Source: Chrysomallon squamiferum
Lineage: Eukaryota; Animalia; Mollusca
Assembly (NCBI GenBank): GCA_012295275.1
Contig: CM022673.1
Location: 28,644,001 to 28,708,000, forward strand
DNA length: 64,000 nt
Direction: 5' to 3'
The translations under genes and the position numbers were made by a program. Positions 1 to 14,090 of this stretch are shown here, one piece after another. Below the pieces are notes generated by a model. The model saw nothing but the letters and a program-made list of their open reading frames with translations, had not been told where the DNA came from and ran no database searches. How positions within the stretch are numbered: the first letter of the stretch is position 1; each line of letters starts with the position of its first letter.

Positions 1-719
1 AATGTCCATTATTTATTTCGAGAAAAAAAAAGGATTTTTCTTTTCACACATCGCATGTTTGTGAATTTTACTCTCGGCTTCAGAGTAAATGTGCAATATC
101 GAGCATTGATCGGTGTGTGTTCAATGGAATGTGGGAAAGAGAGAGAGAGAAAAAAAAATAGCAGAGTTTGATCGATGTTTCTAACAGTGTTTGGAAACCG
201 CAGTCAGTGAATGGTTTACACCTGTCGTTAATGAAAAATGTTTTGAGATAACTGTCATGTCTGACACAGTGGTAGTGGATGGCTAAACACGGACACCGAT
301 TCCACCATTTATTACAATAAATAAAAAAGAAGAATAATAACAAATAAAAGTATGCGGTTTCTTGGATTCTCAGTAATGCAAGCTCTCCACTACGTTCTCG
401 ATAACGTTATCACATTTGCGTAAATCTCTCTCTCTTCTCTCTTGCGCTTGTGTTACGGAATTTTGTGTTTTTATCGTACATTCTTCTTCAGCATACAGTT
501 TGCAAATTCAACAAAACATATCTGTGCTATTTAGTTTTTATTATTTTTTTTATTTTTTTTTTTTTAAATATTTATTTCCTTTATTATATCTTTTTTGTTG
601 TTTTTATTGTCTTTTTTTAATTATATAAATTTTAAAAAAAAATTTTTTTTTTTTTTTTTTTTTTAAAGAAAACATTAGTTTTAATATTAGCACTGAAGAT
701 GTCTTAATTAGTTCAACCC

Positions 720-1020
720 AAGAGCGGTTATCGATCCATCGATGTTTTATTGGCAAAAAGGAGACTGAAATAGTTTTCTTCAATGAGCGGAGTCGCGATG
801 CCGCGTCTGATTGGAATTGAGATCCCTCGTTCCCCTCGTTCCCCTCGCTCCCCTCGCTCCCCTCGCGAACCAGATCCCCAAACCGGATAACCAACTGTTT
901 GAATAGCTGAAATTAAAAAATAATAATAATAATAATAATAATAATTTTTAAAAAATTTAAAAAAAAATTCTACGTTCCCTCGTTCCCTGTTCGACGCAGG
1001 GAGGCAGGCAGGGAGTACAA
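720..1020 (+). promoter_or_regulatory. Candidate promoter/5' UTR region of the Hv gene
   Basis: Locally GC/CpG-rich island in AT-rich DNA. Reverse CCAAT boxes at 749-753 (ATTGG) and 807-814 (CTGATTGG). Lies directly upstream of a strong splice donor (AAG|GTAAGA, 1185/1186). Confidence 0.4.
823..867. repeat. Five tandem copies of a 9-bp GC-rich unit (CCCCTCGYT)
   Basis: tccctcgt tcccctcgt tcccctcgc tcccctcgc tcccctcgc seen directly. An echo (gttccctcgttccctg) occurs at 974-989. Confidence 0.85.
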
Positions 1021-1124
1021 ATGCACATTTTCGGATGACTGAGGATACGCTCTCGATGGTTGTTGTGACTGAGGATACTCTCTCGATGGTTGTTGCGGCT
1101 TCGTTGACATCGCAGTCTGTTTGA
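1021..1124 (+). promoter_or_regulatory. Two overlapping upstream ORFs (1021-1038 MHIFG*; 1035-1124, 29 aa) ahead of the putative Hv start codon
   Basis: uORF1 stop overlaps uORF2 start (ATGA, 1035-1038). uORF2 stop overlaps the main ATG (TGATG, 1122-1126). uORF2 contains a 30-bp tandem duplication. Confidence 0.4.
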
Positions 1125-1185
1125 TGGGCGATGCAGCGGCTAATACTGTCCCCAGACTTCGGGAGACGTCTCTCTGGCTTCCAAG
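1124..1185 (+). CDS. HVCN1: Putative first coding exon of the Hv channel gene (MGDAAANTVPRLRETSLWLP-R)
   Basis: ATGG is the first ATG after an in-frame TGA at 1070-1072. Consensus donor AAG|GTAAGA. The 62 nt leave phase 2 (AG), which joins the G at 47262 to give AGG (Arg) in frame with S0-S1. No homology support; based on signals and phase only. Confidence 0.55.
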
Positions 1186-1548
1186 GTAAGAACTTCTTTT
1201 TATATTTTCATATTTTTATATTTTTTTTATATTTTTATATTACTCTCTGGTTTTTCTCTGTGTAGACATTTAGTGCCAAGAAGTTCGAATTTATCGATAA
1301 TTTTTTTTTTTTTTTTTTTTATTCTTAGACGTGTATTTAGTTTTATTTTATTTTTCACGTCATGCAAATGAACGGTTATCGGTTTTCTGATCAACTCTTT
1401 TTGTGAGTTTATTCATTCATTATCATTTTTTTAAAAGCATTTTTTTTTTTAATGAATTTAAGTATTAACCATGAACATACAAACAGAATACATATACATG
1501 CTAACACAAAAATGTATATATTTATCCGTTCATATTTTAGTAAATAAT

Positions 1549-1727
1549 ACATACATACAGACACATTCACACACACATTCATATGTATGTATGTACACAT
1601 ATATTTACATACATACATACATATACATACATACATACATATATATACATACATACATACATACATACATACATACATACATACATACATACATACATAC
1701 ATACATACATACATACATACATACATA
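1549..1727. repeat. (TACA)n microsatellite
   Basis: Direct reading. Confidence 0.95.
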
Positions 1728-3524
1728 ATCTATGAGTACAAACATGAACATGAATATTTATACAACCTCAAATACTGATATGCAAATAAGATCATGTTCT
1801 GAAAACAAACACGAATGGATATTTGCCATAACATTTTCTATTTTCACACAGTCACAAATTTCATGTAAGATTTCATCCTGCAATTAATTTCTGTTCTCTA
1901 TTACATGTAGTCATATCATCATGAATGTGATTATTTTTATTTATGTAAATGAGCGTGTGTGATTTATATGATCTGTAAATAAACCATTTCTCTGAAGCAT
2001 TCTTATAAATTAAAGCTTACAAACATGTGGTACACTATATAAACCTTTTTAAGAAAAAAAAAAAATATATAAATAAATAAATTAAAACCAACATCATTTT
2101 TGTCTAATAAGCTGGAGTATTTTTAAAATAAAGTATACGGGTGTATTCTCTTTGGTTTCTGACACTAAGAAATATTGCAGTTTAAGAGTTCATTCATCGG
2201 AAAGATCCCAAATTTCAACACATCAGTCAAAAATAAGAGAGTATAGAGGAAACTGTGGGCTGTTTGAGTCTGATTTATGAATAAGTAAGTCATCCTGTTT
2301 CGACTGTTAGTGTTGAGTTATGTGACGAATAAAACGAGACTGTAAGAGAAGGATTCCTAATTAGCAGAATGTGAATGAATGCAGAATAAAGCGACTAATG
2401 AGACGTCGCCTTTTAGATTTATACATTTGTTTCAGAAAGCAGTTTTTACATGTCTTCTGTTTGTTGCGTTGGCTTAGAGTAACGTCATTGCTGTACGAGA
2501 TATTTTTTGGTGTTGTATTGTTTATAGACATCCAGGAGAGTGAGTGGGTGATTCAGAGAGAGAAAGAGAGACAGACACACAGACAGACAGGCAGACAGAA
2601 CGTCCTTGACGAAAGGTTTATTGATCGTGTCCCGACACTGACTAATTCAGAACGAAACAAATGAATCACTGGTTGTTGTTTTAAATAACAGCTTAACATG
2701 GCTTCTGTTCACCTTTATTATGTGTCAAATGAAATCTGAGAGAGGGCGTTTCATTATTTTAATATAAAGCTATTTTTGTATAGATATATTTTGTCAGTGC
2801 ACATTCTTGGAGGACACATGTCACTTTACATATATATATATATATATCAGCAAAAAAAAATATTATTACAGCGTTCATTTACGTTGATAATACACATGTT
2901 CTTTCTTTCTCTTTTGTCTGTCTCTCTGTCTGTCTGTCTATGTTCTCTATGTCTCTGCACCTATACTCGATACCCTTAACAATAATACCCTAATATATAT
3001 ATATATTGAACAAAGTATCGCTGTAGATTAGACATCTTAGGAGAAATTCCTTGGACGAAGTGTTCTCCAAGCATAAAAATCAATGCTTCCCCAGTTTCTA
3101 ATAGATGATAAAAGTTGTATCTACAGAATCCCTCTCTGAAGAGAAATTCTCTTATATTTTGTTTTACTGCCGTCGAACCTATCGATCTGCTTAGACGCGT
3201 TCGGTGGACGTCCATTGCAAGGCGTAGGAAAGATTGTTATTGCGCAATATATCACAGTCTGCTTTTTACGTCATAGAATCGTTGTTGGTTGTTTTTTTTG
3301 TTGTTTTTGTTGTTTTTTTCATTTTAAATATAAAGTGATTTGGCTATGATTAATTCGACCATGATCAATTTAGCTAGCATTTTAATTTTTTTAAATGTTT
3401 TTTTTAATTTTTTTTATTTCAGAGTAAAATTAATATTTTCAAATTGTGCCTCCATGTACAGTTTTGCTGGGTAATAAAGCAGAAAAGATTCAGTCAGAAT
3501 ATATATATGTGTGGATATGTCTAT

Positions 3525-3885
3525 GTATGTATGTATGTATGTATTATGTTTGTTTGTGTGTATGTATGTATGTATGTATGTATGTATGTATGTATGTATG
3601 TATGTATGTATGTATGTATGTATGTATGTATGTATGTATGTGTATATGTATATATTATATGTATGGTATGTATATTATTTATGTGTGTATGTATGTATAT
3701 ATGTTTTTGTATGTATGTATGTATCTATGAATGTATGTATGTATGTTACTTTGTATGTATATATGTTTGTATGTATGCATGAATGTATTTATGTGTGTAT
3801 GTTTGTTTGTATGTATGTATGTGTGTGTATGTATATATGTTTGTATGTATGTACGTACATATATATGTATGTATTGTATGTATGT
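3525..3885. repeat. (TATG)n microsatellite, degenerate at the flanks
   Basis: Direct reading. Confidence 0.95.
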
Positions 3886-5972
3886 AATATACACATACAA
3901 AATAATTAAACATTCACACACATGTTCATATATGTGTATCACATATATATATGCATTAATTCGACAATGTCTAGACGTTTTTTTTAAAGAATACACAAAT
4001 TTATTTTTTAAACCTTTTTAATATGTATGTATATTACCTTAGAGAAGTAAAAATATATAAAGCAAGTTATTTTTGTCCATTTGAAAGTAGTACCCATACA
4101 ATTATTAATGCAATTGAACAGTTGGTTGAATGTAATCCATGTCTCATAGTGTTCAAAAATATCTCTATCCTGTTAAATGATTTAAGACCGCCGACAAAGT
4201 ATTTCCTATTGGCTTAGGTTACTTGTCCAAAAATAAAACTGACGGTATAAATCGTGGTTCGATATAAAACTACTCCGGATTAGGTTGTTACGTTCACAGA
4301 TTCGATAATTTTTATCGTATATTTTTACTGGCTAACAATTAATTATAATGTTACGAAATAGATATAATTTCCTCTGAAAAAAAAAAAAAGCCACCTTTAC
4401 TCACTTTACCTCTAACAAGCGTTGTCCTGGTTATTAAGATGTCACGCTTTTACCAGGATTGTCCTGTTTTAAAAGAATACTACAAAAAAAAAAAATGGCT
4501 GCCGTGAATACGTCATTAATTATACTTCGTTTACGTCCGCCCGCTGGTTTCCTTTATTCTCGGCGTGTAAAAGACACGTAATACAATTGTTTTCTTATTC
4601 TGATTAACCCGCGGTCGATGTTCGCAGCTTTATTACATCGAGAATTACCTATCAGATATTGATAATAGTGTATATTTTTATTACTTGTCCCTCGTATATT
4701 ATTCTAATTAGATATAATAGTGTCTAGCTAGAGGGAATCTTCCTGATACTGTGATTTATTAGACAGCTTTGACCCTTAGACAATGAGCCCAAAGAACTTT
4801 CTGGAACTAGAACTAGAAATATTAATGATTTTTTCAACTTTTTTTTTTTTTTTTTTTGATTTTTCGAAGATGACTGTCTGTGTATATCTGTGTTGTATTT
4901 GTGTGTGTATGTGTGTGTGTGTGTGTGTGTGTTTGTCTGTATGTGTGTGTGTGTGTGTAAATATGTGTAAGATTACAATGTCACGTTCGCGAGTATAAAA
5001 ATCCAATCTCGTGGCCTTGCCTGCTATTTCGAAAAGCAAACATATTACTGCACCGCTTATACAAATATATTTCATTAAGCTCGAATGGATGTTTTTTAAC
5101 TAGACAAATTAAAAAGGCTTATAGGTGCTTAAGAAAATTTCCAATGTATGAAGACACAATGACTAATGGAGACGCGTTTGAATGAAAAACAAATTACTTT
5201 TCGTTTCCCGATCCATTACTAATACCGACACTTCCGTTTGTTTCTCGTTTTTGCCATAAATTCAGACGGGCGTATTTTGCTGAGTAAATTTAACCTAGCC
5301 GAACTCGTTGTTATCCGACAAATCAATGATGCTAGCGAGGTCTCTTGATGGCTGTTAGTCTTCTGTATGTATCCATTCTGCAAATTAAAATCCGCATAGA
5401 TGTTACGTTCTGTTTGAAAAAAGATTAACCGCAAATATTGGATAAGTCTTTGTTCTTGCGTTAATGCGTCGGTGAAAAAGAAATTACGTTGGGTTTATTT
5501 TTATTGTTCGAGTTATTTTTAAAGCTGAGACTTATCTCTTATTTTTTTTCTCTTTTTTTTTATCAATTCTTTTTCTGCTGGGTAATTGTCATACCGTTAG
5601 TGTTAATGCGGAAGAAGAAAAAGAAGAGACAGGATATGTATGAATGGAGTAATTAATTTTTCTTTGACAGTGGTTCAGTACTTTTTGATTAAGTGATTAT
5701 TTTGTCTCAGGCAGGGTTTATTATTTTTTTTTATCAGTATGAAACAGACAAAACCCCGTATACGGCAGTCTTATCCACCGACATCAACGAATCTCTTCCA
5801 TTATGTTTTTTTTTATGACATAGACAGAACTAATATATTTTGAACAGTCGACGAAGAGTAATGACTGGAATGGGAAATATATCCACTGGGTAACTACGGA
5901 TTATTGAACCTATTTCACATCATTTCTAAGCCATCATTGTTATTAAAACTTAGAGAGATGAGAGAGACAGAT

Positions 5973-6324
<352 letters not shown>

Positions 6325-7299
6325 GAACGACAACCGGTACAAAGCGACCTCCACAAAATGCAGGAATCCATCGTGAGAGTTCAGTACATTTTAATTATAA
6401 TTTCCCCACTCCCCTGTTCTTGACGTGTTTTTATTTGTTAACTAAACGGTTACGCTCTTAATACATCACCGTTTGATCTACAAGATCTTGAAATAGAAAG
6501 CATCGGGAATTATTCCACTTACAGCCTTTATCTTGTTCTTCGTTATGTTTGGGTAAGAGAGAACGTGAATGTACGGAACATGTACTGATAACGAAATAGA
6601 GGCCGGCATTGTTGGGCAACAACCCGCTGCTATCTTTGAACGTTCACGTGCTCGAGTCAGGAACGTGTTTGTTTTGCAGCAACTTTCTGAGATTGCTGCA
6701 AACAGCAAAGCTTTTCTAGACTGCAGCTCTCCGCGTTCACAGTCACCGTGCATCTGCCTGGACGAGATAAATCAGACGTTTTTTTTTTGTTGTTGTTTCG
6801 TAATCAAATACCAGTTTTATTTATAAATTTATTTGTTTTGTTTTATTTTATTTAAGTTTGGTTTGGTTTAGTTTAGTTTAGTTTACTTTATTTTTAATTT
6901 AATTTATTTTATTTGATTTTTAATTTAATTTAATTTAATTTAATCGTGTTTATTTGTTTGTTTGTTTTAAATTCCCTAAATCGTTTTGGTCGATATATGA
7001 ACAACATGCATATGCATAAACATAGACATACCCAAAACTATATACATATACGACAAATATATATACAGACACAGACACAGACACACACATATACACATAT
7101 ACACACGTACACATAAATACTAACATAAAATATGCATTTTTACGTAAATTTATTTATTTACAAATGAGCTCTTGTTTACCTACACTTGCATTCTTTCCCA
7201 GATTTACCTCCTAATTGATTCAACTTAAAGATTACCTGGGAGAGTCATTAGTAATAACAAACTGAACTAAATCTGAACATACGTCGCATAGCTAGGATA

Positions 7300-7817
7300 A
7301 TTACAGTAATAATAACAGCATTAAGAAGAACAAGAACAACAACTGCGATGATAATAATGTTAATAATGAATTAATAATTAAAACGATAATAATAATAAGC
7401 ATAAAAGAAAGAAAAAAAACGGCAAAAAAAAATACAGTGTTAATAGTTACAATAATAGCAATAACAGCAACAACAGCAACAGCAATAATAATAATAATAA
7501 TGATGATGATGATGTTGATGATGATGGTGGTAAATACAAAAGCAACAACAGTAACAGTAACAATAACAACAGCATCAACAACAGCAACAATCAAAGTAAA
7601 TATAATAATAATAATAATTGCAATAACAACAGCAACAACAACAACTACAATAATAATATAATAATAACAATAATAATAATAATAATATTAAAGATATTGA
7701 TGATCATGATAATTGCAATACAACGGCAATAAGAGTAACATAAACAATACCAACGACAACAACGACAACAACTACAACAACAACAACAAGAAGAAGAAGA
7801 AGAAGAAGAAGAAGAAA
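7300..7817. repeat. Degenerate AAT/AAC/GAT/GAA trinucleotide low-complexity region
   Basis: Direct reading. Confidence 0.85.
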
Positions 7818-8313
7818 CCGAAGAAGGAAATAAAATCATAACAAAGACTTTTAAATTTTTAAATTTTTTTTATTTTTATGTTTTTTATTTTTGGTGCTTA
7901 TTTATAGTCAATATGTCAGACTGACCTCTCCACACTGTCCTACGGGAAATCGTTGACGTAATGGCTTTTACAAGCAGTTCTTCTTACACTGGTAGTTAAC
8001 TGATAAATTAGTCGCGTTAAAAAAAAAGGCTTTGTTCCCGGAATAACTGCAGAAATTAGCTTTGCACCATCGACATTGTTTTACAGGGTGATTTGAAAGA
8101 AGCGAAATGAGTCAAGTGCACATAATCAAGTATAAACTACGTCATGGAGAGCGAAAACCAGTCGATAAGTGATTGTGGATACGGCGATCACTTACCGAGA
8201 TTTATTTTTAGCAGAGACGACATTTACTTCTTTCTAAAAAATTTATTTCGGGGTAATAATTAACTATTGTTATCGTTGATCATGTTCATTTATATTCGTT
8301 GAATATACTAGTT

Positions 8314-8466
8314 TTGTGTGTGTGTGTGTGTGTGCATGTGTGTGTGTGTGTGTGCATGTGTGTGAATGTGTGTGTGTATGAGTGTGTTTATGTGTATATA
8401 TGTGTGTGTGTGTGTATATATGTGTGTGTGTGCAGGTATTTTATTTTATACATACACTTACATAAA

Positions 8467-8497
<31 letters not shown>

Positions 8498-8609
8498 TTA
8501 GTAATAGTAGCAGACAGAAGTATTAGTAGAGGTAGCAGTAGCACTAATAGTAGTAGTAATAGTAGCGATCGGGGTAGTAGTACTAGTAGTTGTAGTAGTA
8601 GTAGTAGTT

Positions 8610-8646
<37 letters not shown>
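8314..8646. repeat. Compound (TG)n, (TACA)n, (AGT)n microsatellites
   Basis: Direct reading. Confidence 0.9.
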
Positions 8647-10886
8647 AATTAGCAGTAGAATTAGCAGTAGATATTAATTAATTAATTAATTTTTTTTTTT
8701 TTTATTTACTTAGTTAAACCATACCATTATTATACCTTTATTAATTAATTCCATTATTTATTTAGTCATTTATTATTTTTTTTTTTTTCACGAACCATAA
8801 ATTTAGCATGTACTGGATTACATTTGAGACTCGCAGCGAATCAATTCACTCGAGTCTGTAGAACGTACACATTTATAGTTTAATAATTCCACGCTCGAGT
8901 TTGCCTACAGAAATATCTATTGATTTTCCGTGTTAAAAAACTCAGTTTGTCTTCACTTACACAAACATTTCAGACGTGAGACAGTATACAAAGAACTGTT
9001 TTCTGGCTAATAATAATTACTGTTTTCCTTGCGTACCTGATGGCTTTTTTCTGTAAATTATTTCTAATTTCACTTGATCAGCACGATAATGGTGTCGCCT
9101 TCTTTTTGTATTTGCCTTATAGCAAATAGTTACATTTTCTTTATGGCAGTGTATGTGTATGCTTATGTGTTTATCATGTGTGTATTTCAGTACGAATGTA
9201 TATATGTGTAAACTTAAGTATGTATGATCACATAGATGTCCATGTGTAATCAAGAGTACTTAATTAAGCAACCATACATCGTAAAACACACGCACATACA
9301 CACATACACACTTACTTTTCTCTGCAATACATATATATATATATTATGTCTACACATACACACACACACACAAACACATTCAAACAGCCACATATACACA
9401 CAGACAAACGCACAAACACACATGCACTCATAAAGTTTCTTTATTTTCTTTACATTAACCGTAATATCTGTTTTTCAAAACAACACACACGCACACACAC
9501 ACACACAGTCACCCGAGTACAAAAAGGCTGTTATTACTACTTTCTCTGACGTTAGGACTACAAACGTGTTGTTGTTGTTGTTACAACTCTGTAAACTCGG
9601 CACATTCGACGTCTTTTTTTTTTTTTTTTCTTAATGTGCATCGCGTACAAGAATATGGCTCACAATTATGGGCTTTAATATTACTGCTGCCATTTTCTCC
9701 GAGGTTAATGTGCTCTCTGGTGCAACACCATTAAAAAAATTGATTCTATTTGATCTCATTCATGCTTTTCTTCCTTCTTGCTTCGTGCGTTTCTCAAAAT
9801 TGAAAGAATTCCTCGTGTAGCTTTTATTATTTTGTTATTTTTTTTTTTAAAGTATTATTCTACCAAAGTTCACAAATAGTAAAATCTTGTAATGATTTAT
9901 GAAGCATTATGAAAACACTAAAAGTAAAAGAAAAGATTTTTTTTTTTTTTTTTTTTTTTTTCACGGTAAATAAATGTATGACGTTACTGTTATTAGCTTA
10001 TTGTTGTTTGTTTGTTTGTTTGTTTGTTTGTTTGTTTGTCTGTCTCTTGCGTTTTTAATGTTTTAATATTTTTGGTTGTATCTTTTTTCTGTTTGTTTTC
10101 TTCTTCTTCTTCTTTCTTCATATATTTTTCCTAATTTTATTTTTTATTTTTCATTTTTCATTTTTCATTTTTAGTTTATTTTTTATTATTTTTTTATTTA
10201 TTTCTTTTATTTCATATTTTTTTATTTTTATTTTTATTTTTTATTATTTTTTGTTCAGGCTGAAAATTAATACAGGACTATTTTAAATGGAAACTAATCT
10301 TTTTTCACTAGAACTGTTAGCTACGAAAAAAAAGACAACACAGTTTAATTTAGTTAATCAAGTTTCATTTAAAATCGATTAGTTTCTTTATTTATTGATT
10401 TTTCGCCGTTTATTCCTATTATATTCTTCAGATGTTCTTGCTCTCTCATCATAATTTTTATATTATTGAAGATTTACATATTTTTTTTAAATATCTTTTA
10501 TTTTATTTGATAAATAAATTCTCTGCTCTTTATAGTTTCTATAAATACCACTTTGTATTATTCGATAGAAATAATTTGCTTGCGCTTATTTTATAATGAT
10601 GCATTAGTTTTCAATACGTTTATTTTATGTATGTGTATATCTGTGTGTGTGTGTATATATGTTTATGTATGTATGTATGTATGTATGTATGTATATGTAT
10701 GTATATATGTATGCATGTATGTATGTATGTATGTATGCATGCATGTATGTGTTCATTTATGTTTCATATATGTATTCATATATAAGTTTAATAATTACGA
10801 AACTACTGATAGCGTTTGTTTAACGTTATTATTATTATAGCACTCATATTTTCGTAAATAAATTATCTGAATTAGATAGTACAAGC

Positions 10887-11617
10887 TAGGGTTCGAAAAC
10901 CGGTATTTAAATACCGGTTAATTCCGGTTTTAGTAATTGATGGGTAATACCGTTACCGAAGCACCAATACCGGTTTTCTAAATTTTAACGAGTTTTGTTG
11001 AGAGATATGTTTGTTGTTAACATAAGATTATGTTAGTTACTCGGGTGTTGCTAGCATAACTTCAGATGCGAGTTCGATGCTGGTCTGTTCAATGTTCCAC
11101 GTTTACCTGTTTGATTGCTGACATGTGTGCCATCCTAAGTCATTTTGGCGACTAGTGCATAGGGATTGGTTCCTGCTTCTCGGTTGTCGCCCATGACACT
11201 AGATGTTTTGTGTTTTTTAAAGTCATACTTCTCGAGTATCTAGGAATGAATCATAACTTCTCAAAAGTTGCAAAACATGTGATGTACATTTTCCTTGTTT
11301 CCTTTTCATAAAATTCGCATCCACATTTCTTCTTGCATGTGCATTTCTTTTATACCTTTTGTACCTATTTGAAGTTCTATAAAGGCTCATTTCACGATTT
11401 TTTTCTGAACTGTTGAAAAGGAGGATAATGAATAATGTTGTCAGATGAGTGTCCAATAATAAATAAAATGAGTTTGTGTAAGAGAAAACAGTGTCCACAA
11501 AAGCCCCGTAAGTACCTTTTCCTGTGCACAAACCTACTAAAACCGGTAAAAACCGGTATTGAGAATATCTGTCGGTAATTTACCGGAATTGATATTATCG
11601 GTAATTTGCAAACCCTG
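10887..11617. mobile_element. Non-autonomous hAT-superfamily DNA transposon (MITE), 731 bp
   Basis: Left end TAGGGTTCGAAAA versus right end reverse complement CAGGGTTTGCAAA (imperfect TIR). 8-bp flanking duplication GTACAAGC (10879-10886) / CTACAAGC (11618-11625), 7/8 match. Clustered ACCGGT/TACCG subterminal motifs at both ends. No transposase ORF. Confidence 0.8.
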
Positions 11618-11970
11618 CTACAAGCGCAAAATGAGTTTTGTAAGAGGTCGGTAATGTTTAAAAACATACCAACTATTTTACACAATAACGTATCGCTTAC
11701 AACAGACTTCATTTCAATACAAGTAACCAACAAACAAAATCTTTAATTTTTAACATCTTTCAGTACTAAGAACATGGTTACATCTTCACAACATACAAGC
11801 AAGAATCTAAAACTGAAATAAATAAAAGAACTGATCCCATCAGCTACGAATTCAAGATGATAATATCATGCATGCTTTCGTTCAACATTTTCTTTCTTAA
11901 ATATTTTATTTCTTAAAGTATCAAACACCTAGCAAGCTAACCAAAACTGAAACAACCAACAACGCCTCTG

Positions 11971-12001
<31 letters not shown>

Positions 12002-12685
12002 AATTTTTCAGGGAATTCATGTCTTGCATTGCAACGCCTCCTTCGGAAAGACAAAGATACACTTTGTAATATTGTGTCGAGCAGATTTCCTCGAGGATAA
12101 TTGTTTGTGGCAGGATGAAATCTCTCGACGTCTTCGGTAGCTGGACCAAAATTGATTTCACGGTTCTGCTGTTTGCAGAAAACTGTCTGAGTGGACCGTG
12201 CACGTGCACGTGAACAGAACAGGGAATCAGAGCAAAAACAAACACATTAAGGAGCACTTTGTTAACACGTTATCTGTGTAACACATTCGACTGAGTTCAC
12301 ACACCGCGGCGAGCAAACGCTTGATACGAGTATTAAATAATCTTCGGTGCGTTTGCCTGTGTTGATTATAAAACCATGCGTTACTGCCACTGATAAATCA
12401 GTTACCATGTTAGATGACGCAAGGAAAATTTGCGTATACGCTGCGTTTCAGGATTACAAGAATTTTGTTTTTATTTTTGTTAATGGTCTCTTTTACAGGT
12501 TTTTTGTTGGGGGGGGTGTTTCTTTCTTGTCTGTGTATGTGTGTGTGTGTGTGTGTATGTTTTGGGAAACAGTGTTTTGTTGCTGTTGTTGCTGGTGCTG
12601 GTGGTGGAGGTAGTAGTGGTGATTTTAGGAATTTTCTAATTATTTATTGATCGATTGATTTCCTTTTGTGAGATATTTATTATTA

Positions 12686-12762
<77 letters not shown>

Positions 12763-13207
12763 GCTGGTTCTATTCTTTTTCTTTCTGGTTGTTTTATTTT
12801 CAAGTGATATTAGTTTTTTTCTATCACCTCTTCATTTTCTACTTTTCTTTATTTCCATTTGTTTACTTTTTTCATCCATGTTGTCATTCATATTTATGTT
12901 TTTTTCTGTTTTTATTTTTTTCAATTGATATGCTAATTCTGTTTTGCTTTCTCAAGAGGCACTCAGCTGTCTTTTCAATAACGATTCTTCAGGGGAATGA
13001 AATGAGGAGAAAGTTTTTGTTGTGGAATGAATGTCTTTGTCCTCGGGGAAGCTAATGTAACACGTGGTTAGTTAGAAGGCGTCTGGATTCTAACACATTT
13101 TTCTAAATCACTTGCCTTAGGATCTGACGGTCGGCGGATCAATTCCCCTTTCGGGTTCTTTCGCGAATCTGTGACGAACAAGTCAATTCTCAAGGGTACG
13201 CTGCGAA

Positions 13208-13465
<258 letters not shown>

Positions 13466-13845
13466 CTATACTGCAACAGAATGACGAATATTACTAACCC
13501 TGATGTAACAGCAAACAAAACTGTACTGTTTCTCTTCCTCGCCGCTTGAAAAAAAAAAAAAAAAATGTTTTCAATTTGTTCACAACTGACAAGAAAATAC
13601 CAGCGATTAGCCTAACCTTCCCTTTGTCAGTGTTCTCAACAAGCGTGCAGGTCTTTACGTAGCACGTTGGCAAACAGTGATTCCATTCATGTGTTTCTGA
13701 ACACTTTGCAATTAGCGCACCGGCGTCATTCTTTTAATTGAATTCAACAACAGCTTACGTTTTTGTTTTGTACAACTTGTCAGATTACTAGTGTATGCTG
13801 TCATCTGGAAGTATCTAAACTAATGAGTTAGTCCGTGCTGTGATT

Positions 13846-14090
13846 TGCTCTGCTATGTATTGCTATGCTCTACAACGCTCTGCTATGCTCTGCTATGCTC
13901 TGCTATGCTCTGCTATGCTCTGCTAAGCTCTGCTAAGCTCTGCTAAGCTCTGCTGTGCTCTGCTATGCTCTGCTGGGCTCTGCTGAGCTCTGCTGTGCTC
14001 TGCTATGCTCTGATGTGTTCTGCTGTGCTCTGCTATGCTCTGCTATGCTCTGCTATGCTCTGCTATGCTGCATGGTGCTATGCTATGCTA
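13846..14090. repeat. 10-bp tandem repeat TGCTATGCTC (dimer of TGCTN pentamers), ~22-24 units
   Basis: Direct reading; variants TGCTAAGCTC and TGCTGTGCTC. Confidence 0.95.

Noticed and set aside
604-894. 96-aa minus-strand ORF with EGSEGSEGNEGN repeats
   Set aside because: It is produced by the 9-bp repeat and a poly-A run, with a non-ATG start.
1124-1141. N-myristoylation signal (MG start)
   Set aside because: Asp at position 3 and no Ser/Thr at position 6 disfavour it.
1131-1185. Alternative ATG at 1131 (MQRLILSPDFGRRLSGFQ)
   Set aside because: It leaves phase 1 at the donor, which is incompatible with the phase-2 acceptor at 47262.
11223-11733. ORFs overlapping the MITE as transposase remnants
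   Set aside because: No recognisable hAT, BED or DDE motifs.
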